Of a DNA stretch of 64,000 bases, positions 36,012 through 44,404 are shown one piece after another (the stretch's first letter is position 1; each line of letters begins with the position of its first letter). The stretch spans positions 7,993-71,992 of the forward strand of contig UQCQ01000008.1 in the NCBI GenBank assembly GCA_900539595.1, given 5' to 3'. Below the pieces are notes generated by a model that did no database searches, was not told the DNA's origin, and was given only the letters and a program-made list of their open reading frames with translations. Both the position numbers and the translations under genes were made by a program. The stretch comes from an uncultured Mollicutes bacterium (GTDB taxonomy: Bacteria; Bacillota_I; Bacilli_A; RFN20; CAG-826).

Positions 36012-36863
36012 TTAGGCGGCGGAGCCGGCAGTGTCAGCTTTGATAATAACGGCGAAATTCATCGTGGTGAAATCAGTGGCCGGAGCGGCGGCTGCTTCAC
36101 CAGGTTTATATTCAATTCCTGTCATTGCGTAATAGAAGTTGCCGAGATCGGTTTTGAAGGTACTATCGTTGTAATCCTTCTTGCCAGTATCGGAGTCATA
36201 GAATTCGGACGGATTCAAATTCTTTTTTGTAGTTCCGTCGTAAAAATGGCTGCCCCATTCAAAGGAAATCGTATAAGCAAATTCCGCAACACCGTCCGCG
36301 CCAACAGTAATCGTTCCGTTGCCATCGTTCGAAGTAAATGCGGCTCCTTTGGTATTGAAGGTCACACCATCACCACCCTTAGTCCCGCCAGCCCAGCAAG
36401 CGGGAAGTTTAATGTAATTGCTGACATTGGCAGCGTCTTCAATACGTTTTTCAGCAGCGGTATCAACCACAAAGTTGCCTGCCGTATCAACGGTTCCCAT
36501 ATGGAGCCCAATGGAGAAATTGTTGACATAGGAAGCCGGTTTGTATTTGCCGGTTACAACAAGCGAAAGATTCTCATAATGGTCTTTGCCGTCATAACGA
36601 ACGCGTCCGGAAAGGTCGGTCTTAACGGGTTCAAACGAGAAATAATCGCGAGTACCGTCAACTTCCTTGAATTTGACTTCGGTGATTTCAATCGACTTTT
36701 CGGAAATGGTACCAACGTTAACGTTTCCTTGGACGTTTTTGGTCGCAGAGCTGGAGATAACCCAGGCTGCAAACCCAGTTGCAACAAGAGCAATGCCCGC
36801 AAAGGCGGTGGCTCCAACAACCATCGCCTTGCGTTGGTAGGATTTTCTAGTTAATTTAGCCAT
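36012..36863 (-). CDS. Secreted paralog family protein 3 (SipW-class-like signal)
   Basis: 283-aa ORF with ...GIALVATGFAAWVISSSAT. Family motif ISFEWGSHFYDGTTKKNLNPSEFYD. Confidence 0.8.
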   Translation of the reverse strand: MAKLTRKSYQRKAMVVGATAFAGIALVATGFAAWVISSSATKNVQGNVNVGTISEKSIEITEVKFKEVDGTRDYFSFEPVKTDLSGRVRYDGKDHYENLSLVVTGKYKPASYVNNFSIGLHMGTVDTAGNFVVDTAAEKRIEDAANVSNYIKLPACWAGGTKGGDGVTFNTKGAAFTSNDGNGTITVGADGVAEFAYTISFEWGSHFYDGTTKKNLNPSEFYDSDTGKKDYNDSTFKTDLGNFYYAMTGIEYKPGEAAAAPATDFTTMNFAVIIKADTAGSAA

Positions 36864-36884
36864 AACAACAACGACTCCTTATTC

Positions 36885-37640
36885 TTATTTACGATCAACG
36901 CGAATGGTGAGGGTGAATTTGTTTTGTTGGATTTTGGCCAATTTATCAAGAGAAGCAAACGCGTCATCAGCCCAAGAAGAGACTCCTTCAGCAAGCGTAG
37001 CCTTCCCAGTGTTATCCGCACCGTCAGTAGAAACGGTGTTGTAGAACTCATAGGGGTTCTTGGCCACGCCATCGATTTCGAAGTGTTTGCCCCATTTAAA
37101 CGTGACATTCATGGAAACGGTAACGGCACCAGTAGTTCCATTGAATGTATATTCGCCGTTTTCTGGTGCAAACGTAATGACAGGCGCGGTCACCAATTCG
37201 GCGTTGACGGCATCGGTCCAAGCAGCGGAGGCTTCCCACACATCACCAGTCACGTCGGCCTTCTTTGCTTCTACCTTGAAATCTTTGGCATTATCGCAAG
37301 CCACTTTGATTGTTCCGGTGTCTTTAGTATCTTTCGTTTTAACGGTGAAGGTGAATGTGTCTTCCAATTGTTCTGATGGAACTCCTTCGAAGCTGAACCA
37401 GGGCTTTTCAGCCGAAACGGTTCCGCCTTTTCCGAAAACAACATTCCCTTTCGCGGCATTGGCCGTCGTCCATTTGCCACCTTCAACGGACAAACGATGG
37501 TCGACCACGTCATAAGCGGTAATAAGTCCATCCGCAGAAGCGGTGGTATTCGCCGAGATAACCCAGCCTGCAAAGCCGGTACCGATGAGAGCCATGGATC
37601 CGAGGCTAGCCACGGCCATGATCATTGCTTTTTTCTTCAT
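36885..37640 (-). CDS. Secreted paralog family protein 2 (SipW-class-like signal)
   Basis: 251-aa ORF with ...SMALIGTGFAGWVISANT. Family motif VTFKWGKHFEIDGVAKNPYEFYN. Confidence 0.8.
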   Translation of the reverse strand: MKKKAMIMAVASLGSMALIGTGFAGWVISANTTASADGLITAYDVVDHRLSVEGGKWTTANAAKGNVVFGKGGTVSAEKPWFSFEGVPSEQLEDTFTFTVKTKDTKDTGTIKVACDNAKDFKVEAKKADVTGDVWEASAAWTDAVNAELVTAPVITFAPENGEYTFNGTTGAVTVSMNVTFKWGKHFEIDGVAKNPYEFYNTVSTDGADNTGKATLAEGVSSWADDAFASLDKLAKIQQNKFTLTIRVDRK

Positions 37641-37692
37641 GATTTTTTACTCCTTTTAATATTTATAAAACTAATGAAGGAAACTAATTTAA

Positions 37693-38442
37693 TTACTCCG
37701 CCGAAACGGTGAAGGATAGGGCGAACTTGACGTTAGCACCCAAATTCTTTAATTCACCAATTTTTTGAGTGGCATCTGCTTGAAGATCAGCGGTATAAGG
37801 CTTCGAATTGTAATATTTATACGGGTTTTGGTAATCGAAGTATTTACCCCAAGCAAAATTGATAGAAATGGTGAAGGACATTTCGGTCGCCTTACTGTCA
37901 ACGCTGGCAGTAGCTACGCCGTCAGCGCACGTAAACGCCGTCCCTGAAGTTTTCGCAAGTTTGATATCGCCATGTCCGGCGGTAGCGGCTACGTTATTGT
38001 TGAACGCTGGCAAAGTGCCCAATTGATTTTGACCACCATTTGATAAAGCACTATAGTTCGTCCCACCATCTTTTTCCGCCAACGTAACGCCATAAACTTT
38101 AATTGTGGTTACATTGCTAATGCCCAAATTTACGGTGTAAACGGCCGTAAGGTCCTCTTCGCCGTTTTCATTATTAGCTCCAAGCCAGTTGTAGGTTTCC
38201 TTGGTGATTTTTGGAGCGAAGCAAATGGCGCCATTCGTCGCGGCATCCGATTCCAGTCCAAAACCAGAGGTTTCTTTAATGGATATGGACTTAGACGTAA
38301 CATTTCCATCCGCGGTGATAGAACCATTCCCTTCTTTCGTTTGAGGTTGTGCCGAGATAATCCACCCTGCAAAGCCGGTGGAAATCACGCCGATGGACCC
38401 TAGCAGGGAAATGCCTGCTACAGCCATTTTTTTGTTTTTCAT
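37693..38442 (-). CDS. Secreted paralog family protein 1 (SipW-class-like signal), first gene of the cluster
   Basis: 249-aa ORF with ...SIGVISTGFAGWIISAQP. Family motif INFAWGKYFDYQNPYKYYN. Confidence 0.8.
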   Translation of the reverse strand: MKNKKMAVAGISLLGSIGVISTGFAGWIISAQPQTKEGNGSITADGNVTSKSISIKETSGFGLESDAATNGAICFAPKITKETYNWLGANNENGEEDLTAVYTVNLGISNVTTIKVYGVTLAEKDGGTNYSALSNGGQNQLGTLPAFNNNVAATAGHGDIKLAKTSGTAFTCADGVATASVDSKATEMSFTISINFAWGKYFDYQNPYKYYNSKPYTADLQADATQKIGELKNLGANVKFALSFTVSAE

Positions 38443-38468
38443 GTTATTCCCCTTTATTGATAAGTCGT

Positions 38469-38518
38469 GTGTACGCGTGGTTTCTTCTTCGATAGGAATG
38501 AAGAAAATACGCGTACAC
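38469..38518 (-). promoter_or_regulatory. Nested inverted repeat in the leader/promoter of the surface-protein cluster
   Basis: GTGTACGCGT (38469-38478) pairs with ACGCGTACAC (38509-38518). The 30-nt spacer itself contains TTCTTC...GAAGAA. The element lies 27-76 nt upstream of the ATG at 38442. Confidence 0.4.
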
Positions 38519-38661
38519 GCGAGGACTATTGTACTCAGGAAACGCCAAAAAAGTGCTAAAGAAAAATAAAAATGAGGAAATAAAAATAAAAAGTCCGATG
38601 CAATCGGGCCTTTTGATGGGAACTTTTAAGAAAAAAGTAAGGAAAAAACTCGAATTACTTT

Positions 38662-39495
38662 TTAGATGCCTTTGGCCTTGTACCAGAGGATCGCCGCGAC
38701 TAGAATCGCGACGATATAACCGAGGGCGAATAAGCAATCGATATAGAAGTGAATCTCGTTATAACGGGTCTTCTTAAAGACGAAGGGGACGACGTTAAAT
38801 AATACCATCGGGATAAATAATCCCAGTAACCCATACCAGGAGGGTTGCTTTAATTGGAAAACAGCCAAGCAACTTAATATAATCCCCGCGACTCCTAATA
38901 CCATCAAGATGATATAGAAACCGAGTAACCAGGGTTTGGATTCTTTCTTGGGTTCGGGTTGAACTCCTTCTCCTTGCTCCTTGGTTTGGGGGGCGAGTTC
39001 AAGTAACAACGATTCGATCCGTTGTTGGATTTCGGGTTTGGCTTTAGAAAACCCTTTGGAGGCTTTCGCTGCCAAGAAGCAATCATAGGCTTCGAGGCGT
39101 TTCGAGGCGTCGTTATAGAGCCATAATCCAAGGTTATAGGCACTGAAGAAATCCCCGGCTTCTTTGCCTAAGCGAGCATATTCCATGGCTTTAGTTTCAT
39201 CCTTGGCGGTACCCAGGCCTTTTTTATAGCAAAGCGAAACATAGTTATAGCTTTGGGGAACTTGGTGTTCCGCGGCTTTTAAAAAGCATTCAAAGGCTTT
39301 GGCATCATCCTTTTTATCGAACTGATAGATTTTGCCGGCATAGAGATATCCATGGGGATCCCCGCATTCGGCTTCCTTTAAAAAGCATTCGATGGCTTTG
39401 TCTTTATCCACGGTTCCTTCTGAACCGGAATCAAAAGCAATCCCTGCTTTCTTGTATTCGTTCGCCTGCTCGGAAATCGCCATGGAGTCCATCAA
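38662..39495 (-). CDS. Sel1-like/TPR repeat protein with C-terminal transmembrane helices
   Basis: 277-aa ORF with repeated A-x-x-[CW]-[FY]-x-K-A-A motifs (KAIECFLKEAECGDPHGYLYAGKIY, KAFECFLKAAEHQVPQSYNYVSLCY). The C-terminus has three hydrophobic helices. Confidence 0.7.
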   Translation of the reverse strand: MMDSMAISEQANEYKKAGIAFDSGSEGTVDKDKAIECFLKEAECGDPHGYLYAGKIYQFDKKDDAKAFECFLKAAEHQVPQSYNYVSLCYKKGLGTAKDETKAMEYARLGKEAGDFFSAYNLGLWLYNDASKRLEAYDCFLAAKASKGFSKAKPEIQQRIESLLLELAPQTKEQGEGVQPEPKKESKPWLLGFYIILMVLGVAGIILSCLAVFQLKQPSWYGLLGLFIPMVLFNVVPFVFKKTRYNEIHFYIDCLFALGYIVAILVAAILWYKAKGI

Positions 39496-39560
39496 CCTTT
39501 CGTTTTCTTTCTAAAAAGCAAACTTAGTTTATCGCGCATTCCTTTACGAAGAAAGCAAAA

Positions 39561-39587
39561 TCGGCTTTTTAGGCCTGTTTAGAGGGG
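39561..39587. repeat. 27-bp direct repeat, copy 1 (TCGGCTTTTTAGGCCTGTTTAGAGGGG)
   Basis: Identical to 40812-40838. Weaker similarity continues ~30 nt further (GACGCTTCCGTTC versus AACGCTTACGTTC). Confidence 0.9.
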
Positions 39588-39932
39588 CGGAGTATATCCT
39601 TTGACGCTTCCGTTCTAGTCTCATAACCCTTTTGGGCATAAGTTCCGTTTTAATCGAATAGGCCCCATCAAGGCAAAAGAACATCGCCAATCAATATCCT
39701 TTCCGCTTTTCATCGGCCAGAATCATGCTTTTTCTTTCTTCACCCAAATATCGAGCTTATTGAACCCGGCCATTCCACGGCCTTCCCCATCGACAATCAT
39801 GATGAGATGAATCTCCTCCGCACGTCCGTGTAACTCCTAAAAACACGTCCCAAATGCGATCAAAGGAATGAAGTTGGTTTTTGATAGGCCTGTAGGACTT
39901 ACGGTGCAACGGGTAAAAAGGAACCCCCTTCA

Positions 39933-40235
39933 TTAGAACACCATGGAGTCCATATGCATTTTATAAATTCTATCGACGATAGGAATTCGCTCAAAGGCCA
40001 CGATCCGATGATGGTATTCGTTTTTCCCCATCCAATTTCCAAACGATTCATCTTTGGCTTTCCAATACCCAAATTTATTCGATCCCACCCTTTCTATCAA
40101 CCCCTTATTTTTCAAATGCTCCGTCGCTTTATCGATGGTTGATTTTCCGACATGCAATTCTTTGACCATTTGGGGCTTCGTTGCATTCGGATTATCTCTT
40201 AGTAAATGGGGAACCTTGACGTAATGATCGGGCAT
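39933..40235 (-). pseudogene. 3' fragment of a COG2865-like (AlbA_2 + HATPase_c_4 + wHTH) regulator gene
   Basis: The 100-aa ORF carries only the terminal wHTH (LLRDNPNATKPQMVKELHVGKSTIDKATEHLKNKGLIERVGSNKFGYWKA). Upstream out-of-frame remnants are GGTGATAAA words at 40240-40290 and a G-D-G-I-P-like segment near 40400. Confidence 0.6.
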
Positions 40236-40811
40236 CTCTTGTTTATCACCCCACTGATTTTTATCGCCCCGGGGTGATAAAAATCAATTCATCTCCCGTT
40301 GCTAGTTAAAAAATGATGTGAAACGCTTTAAGCGTTTGGGACCTCCTCGTCTCCCCCGGATCGTTCATCGACTTAGCCAGCTTTTCAAACTCCGCCCCAT
40401 TCGGAGGTTTCGTATTAAGCGCCATTTCGGGTATCCCGTCACCCTGTAAAATGCCCCCCTAGTCACACCTAGCCTTTCTCTAGTGGCGATTTTCGAAGGT
40501 AATTTCTTTGCCACTTTTCGATTAAATATCCATCGTCATCCCTCTTCGTTTTCTTGGTCGAAGACATTATAGGCGAGATGTCTTTTCCGTTCCCCGCCAT
40601 CCTTGGCTCTTATCCAAGGGTTTTGGGATCCGTTATTCTCCTCCGATTTTGTTTCACATCATTTGATATTGATATAGAACACCTTACTTTCGCAGTAAGG
40701 GTTTTCTCACAATCCATTCGTTTACTCGTAATTTTGCTACGATTTTTTGAGAAAACCATTCTTTTTTGGATATTCTTGATCCTAAAAATCTCTATGGTTG
40801 ATGTTATAGGG

Positions 40812-40838
40812 TCGGCTTTTTAGGCCTGTTTAGAGGGG
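40812..40838. repeat. 27-bp direct repeat, copy 2
   Basis: Identical to 39561-39587. Confidence 0.9.
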
Positions 40839-41023
40839 TGAATAGCAAATGAACGCTTACGTTCCCGAACTTTCCCCCAATCAGCAATCACAACACGCCC
40901 AGTCTCATCCGCTACCTCATCGGAATGGGATGAGGTATATGCCATACTCATCCTATCTACATCAGAGATGGATGAACCTTAAAGTGGTACTACCGGTACT
41001 TTTCGGTACCCATTTTTAAGCGT

Positions 41024-41489
41024 TTAATCCTTAACTATCCAATACCCCGCTTTGTTTGAACCGATTCTTTCGATGCGTCCAGCAGCCCTAAGATACTCGA
41101 TGTTGTTTTGAACTGCGGTGATGCTTATCCCAAGAATCACCGAGAACTAAGCTGAGGTTATGTTCGGATTGTTTCTGACCTCAGACAGAATTTTTTTCGG
41201 TTGGGTGTTATCTTGGTATCGGTTTTATTACCAACTTTATTATCAACCGCACATGATCAAAAAGTTGGGTATAAATTTGCCTTTTAGCGCATTCCCCATT
41301 CGAAATCTTTTTAACATTACACTTCGCTTTAAAGGAGCGTGGACAAAAAGCCGGACCATGAAAGGAAGGAATGCCGTGGCTCAGTTTTTGGTCCGTACTT
41401 CCATTCTTTATAGGGTCTAATAGGCTTATTGGCGATATTCCTTCCTCAAAAATAAGGATGGAGCAAGAAAAAGTCTTGAACCGTGGCAC
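41024..41489 (-). pseudogene. Disrupted 3' fragment of a COG2865-like regulator gene (frameshift plus in-frame TAG)
   Basis: My minus-strand reading gives ...IPNFLIMCG (frameshift) VDNKVGNKTDTKITPNRKKILSEVRNNPNITSA-stop(41146-41148)-FSVILGISITAVQNNIEYLRAAGRIERIGSNKAGYWIVKD-stop. It is collinear with the 42099..42608 fragment. Confidence 0.6.
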
Positions 41490-41538
41490 GAGCAGGGCTT
41501 ATTCGTTTTTCCCTTTGATGAAATAAAAGCCTTTTTTT

Positions 41539-41778
41539 CTAGGCACCTAGGAATTCGATGTAATGATGCAATTTTCTTTTGATATTGTTTTTCAAGATAT
41601 CCAACGCAACTTCAGGCTGCTTTTCTTTGATTAGGTTAAGTAGATTTTTTGTGCTGATTCCTGGGTTTTGCTGTATTGCTTGTAGAATCAGTAATTCTAA
41701 GTCCCCCAGTCTATCATCCTCGATTTTTACAGGGTCATTTACAGGGTCAACATAATTTTGGTTCGGCAATGTCAGCAT
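41539..41778 (-). pseudogene. Short wHTH-only fragment related to COG2865-like regulator C-termini
   Basis: 79-aa ORF with a VDPVNDPVK repeat linker followed by LELLILQAIQQNPGISTKNLLNLI. Confidence 0.45.
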
Positions 41779-42098
41779 GAAGAAATTACCGCTTGGATTA
41801 AAAACAGGCTGTTTATCGGCACCTTCCTACGCCTGAAGGATTCTAGGGATGCCCGTATTTATATCTTGTTCCTTCTATTTAAATGACGGGAAACAAAGTC
41901 GAAGGGAGCGGAAAACCAGAAACCCCCGACGATAAGCAGCGGGAAAAGGAAAGGGCGCCTCGCCTATATTGTTTTCGACCAAGAAAGCGAAGGAAGGTGC
42001 CAATGGATATTGTAACCGAAAACGGCAACAAAACTGATGTGCGATGTGAGTGGGGCAAGGCGCCCCAAACCCTTAAAGTGTTTCGTGCCATCCGCCAA

Positions 42099-42608
42099 CT
42101 AACATTTCCAATAACTGGACTTATTCGATCCGACTCTTTCGATATACCCTTTCTTCTTGAGAACAGAAATTATATTGTCCACAGATGTCTTTCCGAGATT
42201 ACAGGCCATCATAAGCTGCGGTTTTGTGATATTCGGATTGTTCCGTATCTCGGCGAGCACCCTGGTTTGGGAATCGTTGAGAGTTTTATCACCCACTTTA
42301 TCACCCACTTTATCACCCACTTTATCACCCACCTCGTTGATGAAGTTGAATGGGATGGTGACGGTAATGTCGTTGTCGGAGAAATCAAACGCCCCTTCGC
42401 CGTATTCGGATGAAATCACAGGAATTCCCCTTCCTGTTTTCTCACTGATGTGCAGTTGCAGAAATATTTCCGATAGCTTTGCGTTCACAGGGACAGAATG
42501 GCCGCGAAAGAAACCGGTTTTTGTCTGCAATGGCGCCAAGCCTCCTCTTGAGAGTATCTCGATCCTGTCGGAATAAATGGTAATCATTGGTTCATTGCCA
42601 TCCATCAA
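42099..42608 (-). pseudogene. N-terminally truncated COG2865-like regulator (HATPase_c_4 tail + (GDKV)4 linker + wHTH)
   Basis: 169-aa ORF: ...IEILSRGGL...EKTGRGIPVI...NEVGDKVGDKVGDKVGDKTLNDSQTRVLAEIRNNPNITKPQL...KKKGYIERVGSNKSSYWKC. It lacks the AlbA_2 N-terminal half present in the 471- and 480-aa paralogs. Confidence 0.65.
42285..42332 (-). repeat. Perfect 4 x 12-nt tandem repeat inside a coding sequence (encodes GDKV x4)
   Basis: The + strand reads TTTATCACCCAC four times. Confidence 0.95.
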
Positions 42609-42870
42609 TTTATTCGGAAGGAAAGCACCTTATTTTCCGGATTTTCCTAGCATAAAAACTATCATTCGAAGACTGTCCTTTGTTGATTGTGCGATAGATA
42701 GTTCCAATTGCCTTATTTCGTCGGCTTAAATGTACAGAAACATTAAAGGTATTCACTGCTTAGAATAAAGCATTCACGTTCTTTCTTTTTTAGGATTACC
42801 AACTAACTCGGCACGTCAAGTTTTCACATTGTCGAATATAAATTCCGAACGAGACTCTATTCAGGAAGCA

Positions 42871-43494
42871 TTACATGCCTTTATGAACAATATCTTTGTA
42901 GTGAACCAAATTCGATATATCTTGTTTGGTTTTTTCGTAAGCAGCATCTATATAAGTCTCGGGATCGTTCATAAATTCCGAATACCTGCAAAGAACAGCA
43001 AATCTACCATTATCGTCAAAATGTCCGCAGGCATTTTTCTTTAACCAGTAGTTTTCAGAAAATTCCCTTATAACCGTTGAGTCGTCTAGGTTAATAGACG
43101 TGACCGCCTTTCCGCAATGTTGGCAAATCGAAGTTGAGCCGTATACTTTCCCTTCCATTTCCGGGAGAACAATACCTAAAAGCCCATCCCTAGGATTACC
43201 GACTCGATCATACAAAGTGGCCTGAAGTTCTCTTATGATGAACGCTTGCTCGTTCCTACCCTCCAAATCAAGCCCTTCGTTTTCGGAAGAATGTTCGCCT
43301 ATCAAAAATAAAGTCACGGTCGTGCCTGCCATGTATTCATTCCTGATGACTTGCATAACATAATCAATATCGTCCGAATCAATCCATCGGTCTAACGATT
43401 TTCCAGTGATTCGCTTTTCACCGAGTTTTTCAACAATCTTCTTTCTGTATTTTTTGTCTTCTTTTTTAAAGCTAATAAAGCAATTATGGCTCAT
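42871..43494 (-). CDS. thsB: Thoeris ThsB-type TIR-like (DUF1863) protein, copy 2
   Basis: The ATG at 43494 is preceded by AAGGAGG (the ORF track extends to 43551). MSHNCFISFKKEDKKYRKKI...TVTLFLIGEHSSEN...FIIRELQ matches the ThsB/DUF1863 TIR-like pattern. Confidence 0.7.
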   Translation of the reverse strand: MSHNCFISFKKEDKKYRKKIVEKLGEKRITGKSLDRWIDSDDIDYVMQVIRNEYMAGTTVTLFLIGEHSSENEGLDLEGRNEQAFIIRELQATLYDRVGNPRDGLLGIVLPEMEGKVYGSTSICQHCGKAVTSINLDDSTVIREFSENYWLKKNACGHFDDNGRFAVLCRYSEFMNDPETYIDAAYEKTKQDISNLVHYKDIVHKGM

Positions 43495-43507
43495 AGCAAG
43501 ACCTCCT

Positions 43508-44389
43508 TTAGTCAAAAATAGATACTTTGTCTTTGTCACCGTTATAAACAACTATATTTATTGATCCGTTTATCTCATCGGAGGTGAGAACCGATGACTT
43601 GATTATCTTTAACGATTGTTCGTGCGTTATTCCAACTCTAGACGATCCGGTCCCCATCAAAGGCAAAAACATTGGAATCCCTTGTCCGTTCTCATCATAA
43701 AACTTAATCAAAGAATCAATGGAATCTCTTAGTTCTTTTTTCGTTGATTGAGCGTTGTTTTTATCATTGAAAGATGAAATGGCCAATAGGTAAAAAATGG
43801 TGTTATTATTTCCACCAACAATTGCCACAGTTCCTTTTTTATATCTTATTTTATTGCCTTTTTTTCTATCAATTTCTTCACCAACAGCACCGTGTTTTTT
43901 CAAGGATGCTTGAATACGTTCGTCTAAGTCGCAATCGCTTATTTTTTGTTGGCTGCAAAACTTCTCTATCCAAGCACCGTGTAATGTTTTTTTACTGACA
44001 AGTGGTTTGTTGGTCTTCTCGTCGGCTATTTCAATCTTGGTATCAAACGTGTCATTAACTGGGATTACCACTATTTTTTGCTCTTCATACCTCTTGTTAA
44101 AAGCGAGTTTCATTAAGTCACCGTAAGATGCCGAAACAGAATTTTTCCCTTTTCTCCAAATCCTATTTCTTCTCAGCACGAAAATAACCAATACGCAACT
44201 AGACAAAAACGAAACAAGCAAAACGCCAAACAAAATCGATAATTTAATCCAGAAATTAGTGACTTTCAATTCATCCCATGAAGCAAACAAAAGAAACGTT
44301 GATAAAATGCCAAACAAAGCACTCGCTATATTTAGTGTCCATCCGCCAATGGACGAGATATTCATTTTCAGTCTTGTTAGAACATTCAT
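43508..44389 (-). CDS. thsA: Thoeris type II ThsA-like effector: 2 TM helices + C-terminal Macro-like domain
   Basis: 293-aa ORF with TM helices GGWTLNIASALFGILSTFLLFASW and FWIKLSILFGVLLVSFLSSCVLVIFVL. The C-terminal IVVIPVNDTFDT...GTVAIVGG...IPMFLPLMGTGSSRVG is macro-domain-like. It is flanked by two TIR-like genes. Confidence 0.65.
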   Translation of the reverse strand: MNVLTRLKMNISSIGGWTLNIASALFGILSTFLLFASWDELKVTNFWIKLSILFGVLLVSFLSSCVLVIFVLRRNRIWRKGKNSVSASYGDLMKLAFNKRYEEQKIVVIPVNDTFDTKIEIADEKTNKPLVSKKTLHGAWIEKFCSQQKISDCDLDERIQASLKKHGAVGEEIDRKKGNKIRYKKGTVAIVGGNNNTIFYLLAISSFNDKNNAQSTKKELRDSIDSLIKFYDENGQGIPMFLPLMGTGSSRVGITHEQSLKIIKSSVLTSDEINGSINIVVYNGDKDKVSIFD

Positions 44390-44404
44390 AATTCATCATT
44401 TCCT

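Noticed and set aside
35643-36854. 403-aa + strand ORF spanning two paralog genes
   Set aside because: It crosses an intergenic gap of well-supported minus-strand genes that have signal peptides and a shared family motif. Its product is low-complexity (G/R/I/N-rich), so it is an antisense artefact.
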